Shown in pieces: positions 20,501 through 30,500 of a DNA stretch of 64,000 bases. The DNA is taken from positions 5,427-69,426 of the forward strand of contig CALVYP010000001.1 in assembly GCA_944372365.1 (NCBI GenBank), written 5' to 3'. The translations under genes and the position numbers were made by a program. The notes under the pieces are model-generated. The model made no database searches, was not told where the DNA came from, and worked only from the letters and a program-made list of their open reading frames with translations. Every line of letters begins with the position of its first letter. Position 1 is the stretch's first letter. Source of the DNA: an uncultured Clostridia bacterium (GTDB lineage: Bacteria; Bacillota; Clostridia; Christensenellales; UBA1242).

Positions 20501-21296
20501 GGTTGTAATAAGCATCTGTAAAAAAGAATGCGTTTAAGTAGTTTCGAGTAGATTCAGCAGATGGCACATCTGATGGACGCGACTTTCTTGCAAATTCTAA
20601 AAGTGCCTCATCCTGAGTTTGCTGTGGCTCGCGATCAAGTGCAGCTTTGATGTATTTGTTTCCACCAAACAGCCTGTCGATTTCTGCGCTTGTAAAGCCA
20701 AAGCATTTTAAAAACACGCCGATTGAAAATTTGTGTTGCCTGTCGACAACCATTTTAACAGCTTCGTTTGCGCCCTGTTCAATCTCAAGCCACATTCCCC
20801 TTTCAGGAATCATCTGTGCGCGAAGAGTGGAGTTGTCTTCTTTCTCTCTGGTGAGATAAACGCTTGGAGAACGAATGATTTGTGAAATTATAACTCTTTC
20901 AATTCCGTTTGTAAGGAAAGAACCATGCTCGCTCATAAGCGGAATATCACCAAAGAAAACTTCTTGCTCAACTGCTTCGCCTGTTTCTTCAATCACAAAG
21001 CGTGCTTTAACTTTAAGCGGAACAGAATAAGAAGCACCCCTTCTTTTGCATTCTTTCATAGAATATTTTGGCTTGTCTGCCAAATTTATATCAAGAAAAT
21101 AAAGCTTTGCCTTTGTGCTGTAATCAACAACTGGCGAAAACTCATCAAGCACGCTTCTAATGCCATGCTCGATAAAGTTTTTGTAAGAATCTTTTTGAAT
21201 GCTTAAAAGATCTGGAATAGGACAAATTTCATCAAGTTTTGAAAAAGAATATCTTTCAGTTTTTCCAAATTTTTGTTTTTTTAGTGATAATGCCAT
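17589..21296 (-). CDS. rpoB: DNA-directed RNA polymerase subunit beta
   Basis: 1,235 aa. Conserved GDKMAGRYGNKGVVS and NPLGVTSRMNIGQVLETHLG. SD AAGGAGAG. Ends in an 81-aa acidic tail. Confidence 0.97.
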   Translation of the reverse strand: MALSLKKQKFGKTERYSFSKLDEICPIPDLLSIQKDSYKNFIEHGIRSVLDEFSPVVDYSTKAKLYFLDINLADKPKYSMKECKRRGASYSVPLKVKARFVIEETGEAVEQEVFFGDIPLMSEHGSFLTNGIERVIISQIIRSPSVYLTREKEDNSTLRAQMIPERGMWLEIEQGANEAVKMVVDRQHKFSIGVFLKCFGFTSAEIDRLFGGNKYIKAALDREPQQTQDEALLEFARKSRPSDVPSAESTRNYLNAFFFTDAYYNLANVGRFKFNNCLALANRLPGLIAAENIAVKDEVLVKAGEIISEENARAIQDAGINEVWVQVNGKKHLMRGSNRVRLSAVIPCDEKALGITEEVYYPTLMQILKENKTKEKRLEAIKENAKNLLVTTLTMDDILATISVYLDCLEGIGSYDKVDHLSNKRLATVGELLGKAFRSGVQKLSTNIRETLQGKELSEVTPSQIINPKPINKALKDFVAQSPLSQLMDQNNPLSGLSQKRRISAVGPGGVKKERADVGIRDIHYTHYGRICAIETPEGQSIGLIDTLATYVKVNEYGFLETPYRPVDKQTGIVSKKYEYKMADIEDKAYIAQATEPLDEEGRFINKRIMARHGSTMGEVPASQIDYMDVSPRQYISVASALIPFLNSNEVNRVLMGANMQRQAVPVLRPEAPIVGTGMEYRAARDSGALGIAKRGGTVSYVSADEIRILTDKGDEDIYTLTKFEKMNQETCNNQKPCVKKGEKVKEGDVIYDGYGCENGELALGKNILVGYMNWQGYNFEDAILINERLVKEDVYTTIILKEEEVYCRNTKLGDEVITRDIPNLGEEALKNLDENGIIRVGAEVRSGDILVGKVTPKGETELTPEERLLRAIFGDKAREVRDTSLRVKHGKEGVVVDVQVFSKKNKDELDAGVNMMVRVTIAQKRKLSVGDKMAGRYGNKGVVSIIMPENDMPYMANGRPLDILLNPLGVTSRMNIGQVLETHLGLVAGSLGWKIATPDFDGADINQIQELLVSNNFPADGKVQLYDGRTGEPFDNLTTVGYKYMLKLEHMVDSKIHARSIGSYSLITQQPLGGKSLFGGQRFGEMEVWALEAYGASHVLQEMLTIKSDDITGRTKTYESIIKGQPIAEPGIPESFKVLVKELQALGLDIKILTEANQEISINELSMDEQDEHITPIEAEHDFDDISLDFDDLLKQEAEKPEEEDEVKKSYEEEISSSAIDTADLFDDFGDFDE

Positions 21297-21337
21297 GTCG
21301 CTCTCCTTATAAATTGAGAAAAATGCGATTATATAAC

Positions 21338-21390
21338 AAAAAAAAGGGTATAAAGCGCCTATTAAAACGCCTTAAAAAACCCTTTTTTTA
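21338..21390 (-). terminator. Terminator-like hairpin with U-run inside the rpoB leader (possible attenuator)
   Basis: The minus-strand RNA reads AAAAAGGG-U6-AAGGCG-(10 nt)-CGCUUU-AUA-CCCUUUUUUUU: an outer 8-bp stem and an inner 6-bp stem (one G-U), followed by a U-run, ~40 nt before the rpoB ATG. Confidence 0.35.
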
Positions 21391-21437
21391 AGCCTTAAAT
21401 CACACCATTTCTCCACTTGCACATAATCGTCTATTGC

Positions 21438-21466
21438 ATTCTATCATATATCAAAAAATTTGTCAA
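21438..21466 (-). promoter_or_regulatory. Sigma-A promoter of rpoBC
   Basis: The minus strand reads TTGACA (rc of 21461-21466)-N17-TAGAAT (rc of 21438-21443) with TG at the extended -10 position. This predicts a ~135-nt leader. Confidence 0.6.
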
Positions 21467-21510
21467 CAATTTTTTATAACTTTTTTTCTTGCCTTATGCG
21501 AGAATTGATG

Positions 21511-24500
21511 TTAAATAAGCAAATTCCGCTCGAATGAAAGCTCTGAAAAACCATCTGCATACGCCTGCCACAATGGGTTGCCAACAAATTTGTTGTAGAG
21601 AGTTTTGATGCCCTCTTCTGGCGCAGGAACACCGCCATCCTTACCCCATTCATCTTTGTTTGCAGTAAACAAATCTGTGCCAAATTCGTTTTGATAGATG
21701 TTTATTGCAAGGTCGTGCTTCTTTGCAATCACATTTGTATATCCGCACGCCAAAACATCAAATGTGCCATCGTTTGTCCAAGCGCCTAAAATGCTGCTGT
21801 TGTATACATTACCGCAAGTGATTTGCCCATCTTGCGACTGTGAATATACAATTTCGGTGGTTTCTCTGTCTGTCCAGTCACCAAGGCCCCCCGCAAACTG
21901 TTTTTGGCCGATTGCGAAATATCTCGCACCGCCATATATGTATGACGGCGTGGTGCCCGTAGTAACCAACACGCCCGCCACTTGTGCTGCTGCGCTGGCA
22001 GAAGTGTTGTCTGCCACGGATATGCTGTAGGTTGAGATTGAATAGATGTTGCTTAGTGTGATTCTTGTTGATTGTGTGTTTTCGGCAATTATTCCGCCAA
22101 CGCGAGCGTTGATTGCCATTGAATAGGTGTAGGTGTTGATTGTAAGCACAGGAGCTTGGTTATAGCTGTCGCTGATTGAAATCACCGCGTTTTGATTTGC
22201 AGTGCCGATGATGCCACCAAGCGACGGCGTTGCAATTTGACCTTCAATTTGCATTGAGATGTCTTTAATTGCAACTTGAGAAATTGAAATCTGCCCGTTT
22301 TCTGCAACTTCACCAACCGCGCCACCAAGAGTGTTTCTTGCAACCAAATTGCCGGCAACAACTGCCTGCGTGATTGTGTTGTTGTTGCCTTCCACCCTTC
22401 CAACCAGCCCGCCAACGCTGTCGATTGTGTTGATTTCAACTGCTGCGGTTGGCTGATTTCCAACAACAAAACCTTGCTGCATATACGCCGTAGAAATTCT
22501 ACCACCATTTCTCAACAAGCCGGTAATTCCGCCGATAGCGTCAGCAACATATGGTTGCAATGTAAATGACTGACCAGTTACGCCATAGCTGTAAACATAC
22601 GCATTGTTGAGCGTGCCTTTAATTTCACCAGCTATATAGCCGCCATATCTGTAAGCGTTGATTTTCATTGACGCGTTAATTGTAACGAACACATCGCTTG
22701 CGGTGGCTGACCTTGCAATGCCGCCGAAAACAAGCCCCGCTTTTGCGCCAAGAACATTGACTGCCCCACGCGAAATTTCAACATCACTCATGCTGCCGCG
22801 TCCGCCCAAATATCCAACTGCACCGCCAGCAAATGACAACTCTGTAAGCGCGTTGCTTTCATAATCTATGGTTGCGCCTGTTTTTGGAATATATGTTGCA
22901 AATGCACTAATAAGAGATTGCACATTTTTTATGTTAAACCCGCCAAGCGTAAGCCCAACCACGCCACCTACAATGTTTTTGCCGGTGACCATTACAACTT
23001 CGTCTGCTTCGGTGGCATCCAAACCAGCCGTTGACCCAAGAACATTTATGTTGTATAAGTTTGCATTTTGAGCCAACCCAGCAACTGTTCCAACCACATT
23101 GGCATTAGTAAATGCAACTTCTTGCGGCATGATTGTCAAGTTCATAACGCTTGCATTTATGTTGTTTATGCCAGATATGCTTGCAAACATGCCCGCGTTT
23201 TCGCTTGCAGCGCTTGATGCAATTTGAATGTTGGAAATTGTTGCGCCGTTGCCTTCCAAATTTCCACGCAAATCAACTTGATGTAATGTGTTGAAATCTG
23301 TTGGCAAGGATGCATAGCTGATGTCGTTGATTATCCTATAATTGCCAGAAGCAACATTGTTTGGAGTTTTCATGTATGTTTGCATGCTTTCGGCATCATA
23401 GATGACATACGGGTTAAACACACTGCCATCTTCTGGTGTGTTTGGAGCGGTTACATATTGATATATCAAAATGCCTTCTGCATTTGTGGTTGTGCCGATG
23501 TTTTGTTTTTGGCTGGTTGCAATTATGTTGGCACTAACAAGTTCCAACCTGCCGCCTGAGAATTGCTGGCCTTTAAAGGTGTCGCTTGTTGAGCCATCAC
23601 TATAAAACCAAACGCTGTTGTATGCAGCCGAATTAGAATAAGAATAATTTGAGAAATATTGCGAAAGGTTTGCAAAATCGTTGGTTGTAACCTGCCCTTC
23701 GTTTTCATTATATGTGAGCGCACTTACACCTTCATGCGAAAGCGGCGAAAGCGTTACATTTATGTTGTTGCCTCTAATGTAGTAGCAATCTTCAAACGAG
23801 CCGCTGCTTGCCCCTGCAAAGTAGAAGTTTGTTGCACTGTTATCGCCTGTGATTTTGCTTGTTGAAAAGCTTCTTTCAATTCGCGATGAGTTTATAAATG
23901 CAAAGCCTGCACTCACTGATGTTGTGATGATTGGAATGTTTGAATAGCAATCTTGAATAGTTCCATCGTTAGTGTGAACAAAGCCGCCAACCTGCACACT
24001 TGAATTAAGCATGCTGTTTGTGCCGTCTGCATAAACTTTGTTTGCAACCACATCGCCAGATGTGTAGCTTGTTATGATTTTTGCATTTTCAGAGTTGACT
24101 GCGCAAAGCCCACCCATTACAAACACGTTGTTGTAGGTTGACTCGCACCTAAGCAAACCTTGCCTAAACGCCGATGATGCGATTGTGCCTTGGTTTACGC
24201 CAACCACGCCGCCCATGCTTACAAGGCTGTGCGCTTTGATGCTGACGCGGCTGTTGGTGATATAGCCAGAGTTGTTTCCAGCCACGCCACCAAAATAGTA
24301 GCCCGATGATGCTGGTGTGCTTGTAAATGTTAAAAATACTTCGGTGTTTTCGGCAGTTTGAACGCTTGCATTTGTGATTGAACCGCTGTTTGCGCCTACC
24401 ACCAGTCCAAATTCTACAGACGAAGTTGACGAGCTTGCGAATGAAACGCTTGCCACATCTTCATTGCCAACTTGAATGGTTATGTTTTTAAGCACTGCGC

Positions 24501-27500
24501 CGTCAGCAACGCTGCCAAACAATCCGCCTTGCGTTGCAGCACCTAAATCATATTGCGAATCTGCAAAGATGAATTTATAGTTGTTGCCGTCAAAGTATGC
24601 AATCTGCGTTTGGAGTGGAACAAAATCCTGCGCTGGCACTTCAATGTCATTAAGCAAAATGTAGTATCCACCGCTTTGCATCCCCAAAAATTCAGCATAT
24701 GTGGTTACTGGATTTGGGCTGACTGCCGAGCCGCGCATGTCGGAATCTATATTAAATTCAACACTGACATGCGTTTTGCCGCTGCCGCTATCTTCACTGC
24801 TGACATACTCGTAAACGCCATTGCTGCCAATTTGATAATATGCCTCAAATGTGAAGAAATAGCGCCTGTTGTTGGCTTGATGTGCGCGATATGTTACAAG
24901 CGTAAGCCCAGAAGTTTGCAAATATGGAATTTTAATTTCGCTGTTAACGCTGAGTTCGGTTTTGGCTGCCTTTTTGCTTTCAAGTGGAATTGGATGAATT
25001 GCAATGCCATGTTCGTTGTTTATGTTAAGGTCGGTGTAAAGCGTCCAAGTTCCCTTTGTTGTAAGTTGATTTAAGAAGTCATCCACAAGCGCTGCAACTG
25101 ATGCGTTGGCTGTGTTGTATTCAATCATATCTTCAAAGCCAACTGACAGCTGCATTCTGTCGCCAACTGCCACGCTGATTGTTCCGTCAACCATGCCTGT
25201 GATCACATCTTGATTGAGCGGCTGGTTGTTTTCATCGACTGCGCTGTAATTGATGACATATTCTAAAACAGTTATTGTCAAACTATCAGAAACGGTTTCT
25301 GGCGAGCCGCTCTCGTTTGTTCTGGTTGCAGTAAGCTGAATTTCAAACACATTTTGCCCACTGTTATAATCGATTGTGTTGTTGGTTACAACAAGTTGAT
25401 ATGTTGCAGTTTGTTCATCAAACACAACCTGAGCAAGTTGTGGCTGAGTTGTGTTTACAATCACTTCTTCATAGCCAACCGCTTGAACATTAAGATCATA
25501 GCTAAGCCCTCTTGCAACCTGAGTTTTCCCTGGATATTCAGCAAAATCAATAGACACAAATTCTTGCTTATATAATCTGTAATCAAAGCTGTCGGCATAT
25601 TCACCGTCGTCACTTACAACCTTTATGTCAACGGCAACCTGACTGCCATCGACAACATCGATGTTGGAGAACATATATCTTAAATAGAATTGCCCTTGAT
25701 AGTCTGCAATGCCTTCTAAAACCTGCCTTGAAATGCGTATGCCGTTTGGCAATGTTTCAGCGCCGGCTTTTTCTGTGAAGGTGTTGTCTGCACTGTTATA
25801 TGTGCCAAGCACAAAAGACGCTTGACTTGCGCCCTGCAAGCTGTTGATCATGTTGTTTGTGATTTCAACATAATTAAAGTCTGCGTCGATTGGCGAAAGC
25901 GTTACCGACAAAACTCCCGCCCTGCCAGGGACAACAAATGTCGAGTCATCTGTGGCAGAAATTGATGGGAAGTTGTTGACTATAATAGAATCAACATTTT
26001 CTTGGTGCAAAGCAATTTCAATTGTTTTTAGCACAGTGTTTGGATTGCTTTTCGCAACAAGATTCAAATAGTAAGTTTTATAGATGTTTTGCTCTCTTCT
26101 GCTGGCAAAAGCAGCCGAAGCTTTGTCAACGCTTATTGTCAAACCAAATTTTAAGCTATTCTCGCCAGCTTTTGTAACTTTGACATTGAATAAATCGGTT
26201 TCTATTCCCTTTTTATCCACAACAGCAAGTTCGCTCCCGTCGAGAACCAACTCATCTTTCGAATAATCGCTTGTGATGACGATTGTGTCGGTTTCGCCAC
26301 TGCTTGGAGTGAGAACATATTTATCTTTGATGCTGCTTATATCGGTTGCGCCTTCGTAATAGTTGATTGTTACTTTATTCAAAGTTGTGATGTCAAGCGA
26401 ATATTGCTGCCCGTCAATTTCCGCAACAAGAGCTGCTGAAAGGTTGATGCTGTCTTCCATTTTTTCTTCGCCGGTTGACGAACCTGTTTTAACAAAGGTT
26501 AAGCCATCGCGTGACTTGATGTAAGCGCCATAGTTTAGTATCTTGTCAGCATTGGGATCCGCTGCCTCAACTGACGCCGAAACAGAATAATTTTTTGCAA
26601 GTTGAATAAGATTTCCGCCCATTGAAACAAGGCCGTCATGTGAGATTTCTACTGTTTGATCGCCAATTTGAGTTGTGAGTATGTATGATGGCGAAATAAG
26701 CACATCCACACCTGCATTTGAAAACACGTTAAAGCGTGCGTTTTGCCCAAGTGTGAGATTGCCGATTTTAAAGATGCCTGTTTGTTTTTCCAGCACAACA
26801 TTGTCGTCATCATCTGTGATGTCTTCTGTAATTCTATAGGATTGAACATTAAAATAGTTGATTATGTTAAAGTAAATCACTTCATTTTCTTTTTGGTTGA
26901 GCAAACTGCTGATTTCCACTCTGGCAAGCCCTGTGCCCTTAACTTTGATTTGCCCAGTTGACGAAATTTCTAAGATAGAACTTGCCGATGTCATGGCTAC
27001 ATCAGCGCCTTCTATTATAATAGGATACAAACTGTCGCCAACATTTAATGTGTTTAGTGGGTCAAGCGCCGCCTGTGCTTGATAGAGATTTGAAGTTGTA
27101 AACTCGCCACCTTGATAGCTGCCTGCCGCTTCAAAATAATACATGTTTATCACTTTAACGCCGCTGGCTGTTTGTCCACTTTCTGAGCCGTCTTCACTTG
27201 CATCGCCAGAAGCAGCGTTTAATTGATATTCATAAAAACCATTGCTTTCATTTGCTTTTATGCTGAAAGCGGTGGAAGTATCGTCAAAATTAAGCACATC
27301 AATAACACTGTAAATGCTTTCGCACACCACAACAACATCGCCATAGAATTGGTCGGTTGTGTAATTATCACGAATGCTTGCGCTCATATCTATTTCTTGC
27401 CTTGTAACATATGACTGCATTAAAAGATTATTCGTGCTTACATATGATTGGTTGGTTGAACTACCATATTTCCAGAACGCGATTTGACCTTTTGCCTGAG

Positions 27501-30500
27501 TTTGATTTTCTGGCAGCGGAGATTCATTTGCATTTGGCACATAAACAATGGCCATAGAAGCATAAATTCCAGTGCGCAAGCCATCATCTGTTGATTGAAT
27601 TATAAATTGGTCTCCTGATTCAACATTGGTTAAAGCGCTGACAGAAACGGCAACAAGCCCAACTGCGTTTCCACGAACAAACACACGCGTTGTTATATCA
27701 AGCTCGTAATTAGCAACAAAAACGCCCGTCATCTCTGTGACAATGCCTGCTGCCCTGTCTGCAAAAATTTCGCCACCTGCAAGAATATTTGCAATTAAGC
27801 TTGATGAATAGCCACAAACTGCTGCGGCATTCCCCGCCAGCGCTCCTTGGCTGTCGCGCACATCAATAAGCGCATAAACCGAATATGCTTCATATCCAAA
27901 ACGCTTTTCGCGATCTGCTTTCGCAAAACCAGTGATGCTTCCTGTTGAATAACCTGCTATGCCGCCTATATATGATGTGCTCACACCGTCATCTTTTTCT
28001 TTTGGAAGAATAACCTGCATTTGCTCTTCAAAAAGCACATTCATGTTGGAAATTGCACCTTCGTTGCTTCCTATAAGCCCGCCAATATATCCTGTTGAAC
28101 CTAATGAAATTGTGCTTTTGTAAATTTTTGCTGTTATGTTGCTTAATGTCCCTGTAAGCATGCCGGCAATCAAACCGATGTTGTTGTTATTCTTAATTGC
28201 TTCAGCGCTGACATTGATGCTGCCTTCAAATGTAACGCCGTCTATCTCGCCGCTCACTTGTGAGAACAAGCCATATCTGCCATTGCCATCGCCGTTTTTG
28301 ATGTCAAGCCCTTTGATGATTCCACCACCGCTTTTGCTTATGATTGAACCAGAGAAAACTTCGTCGCCCCCACCAAGGTTGCCACCAAGCGGCAAAAGTG
28401 AACTGTAAGCGCTCATATCAATGGTTGTTTCAATTTTATAATGCGCTTTCATGCCGGCTGCGCTTTGCCCTATTGCAAGAACATCTTGCGCAGTTGATAG
28501 TGAGAATGGGTTGTCTTTCTCGCCATTGGCATATTCAAATTTAAGAGAAATAACACGATTTTGATAGCCTGAAACGATGTCTTCATCAACAAACCATGCG
28601 TTTGGAATAATTTGCAGTGTGCCGCCCAATGTGCCATCGATACTTTCTTGACTTGTTATGGCGCTGTTGAGATTTACTTTTATAAGCCAAGCGCCATTAC
28701 CGTTGACTTTTTCAATTTTAACTGCATTTCCATCTGGGCTGCTGGTGGTGCCGTTGGCGGAATATAAAATTTCGGATAAATTGATAAGCTGCGCATCTTC
28801 TTCGCTTGCGTTGCCAGAGATGTATCTTACAACAATGTTTTTATCGGTTGCTGAAATAGGATTTAGATAAACTGCGATATCAAAAGATGTGCTTGATGGA
28901 GAGAATGTGAATGTTGTTTGCTGTCCTAAATTTGTGTAGATGTTTGTGACATTGTCATATGCCTGCCCGCGAACATTGATTGGGAAATATCTTGCCCCAC
29001 CATATTGCCTAAGCGATGCGAACATTGTGAAACTGAACTCATTGCCATAGTTTGAGTTTACTGTGAATGTAAATGTTGTTGTGTCGAACATGCCATAGTA
29101 GCTTGATGCCGACTGCCCTATTCTATAAATGCCGCCATAAATCATTCTGTCAACGATTGCGCCATCCGAGTTAAAGCAGGTTGCACCATCCACAGTCCAA
29201 TAAATGTATTTTTGATTGTAAGACGAATTGTTCATCAGCTTTGAGTCTGGGTCATAAAAGCCATATGCATTTGATGGCGACACAACTGGGCTGAAAGTTA
29301 CTGTTTGAAGATCTGTGTTTGTTATGTTGTTGCCAATAAACAAGTTGACGCTGTTTGCCGCAATATGCCCAACACCTTGATTGGTTTCAACTGGCATTGT
29401 CATTTCAAATTGCGACACTGAAACAGTGCTTACAAAAGTTGCACGAGCATATTTTGTGTCGATTTCTTTTATAAAGTCTTGATTTACAATCACGCCTTGA
29501 ACCGAAAAATCAAGCACGGTTTCGCCATAGGTGTTGGTTGAAAGCGTGAAAGACGATGCACCATTTTGCACAATGCTTAGCAGGTTGATGTTTGAAAAAT
29601 TGTATGTGATACTGTCAAATAAGTCTGTTCCGTTTGAGGTTGAAAGTTGGACGGTTGCATTTTTGCCGTATATCGTGATTGGTTGGTTGTTTTCGTCGGT
29701 GTCGGTGCCGTTTTGCATAACAATGCTGATTTCGTCGCTTATTTGCCCAAGCGTTTCGTCAATACTTGGCTCAACCTTTTCATAGCTTAAAACGCCGTCA
29801 TTTTGCGTTCCGCCAATGTTGATTGAAAGGTCTTCAAAAGTGTTGATAACTCTAAATGTGATCAGCTTTGAAACGCCATTGTCAAGCATGATTCTGTAAG
29901 TTACAATGCCCGTGCGCCTTGGCTCTACGCGCAGATAGATTGTTTTTAAATCACCTGTCTGCATTTCATCGGCGCTTACACTTTCAATTGCGATTGCAGA
30001 TGCATCGCCGTTGTAAAAGACTGGCGTTGCGGTTTCAAAAGCATAATCTGCCACCAAATGCGCAAAAATTTGCGCCTGAGATGAAATTGAAAGGAAAATT
30101 CCTGAATTGTCGTTGTTTTCGTTGTATTCATAAGGTGCAGAAGCGTCATCAAAAGTGATGGCCGTTGCACCTGTTGAAATTGTGTAGTTGACATTGTAGA
30201 TGACATTGTCGTTATCTTCTTGAATATACTCACTTATAACTTCAAAAGAAATTTGCTTGGTTTGTGTTGTTGGGCTGACTGCCGAAGCGCCTCTTATCTC
30301 AACTGGTTGAGAAATGTCGGTTATGCGCAAAGGTGAACTTACAAGCCTGTCTTGATATCTTACAACAACATCGTTGTCAAAAGTCATAAGCACATAATCA
30401 AAACTGCTGTCTGTTCTAAACACTTCAACATTAAATTGCTGCCAACCATAGTCGCCGTCATAATAATTGTAGAAGTTATAGTTGTTTTCTGGTGCGCCCT

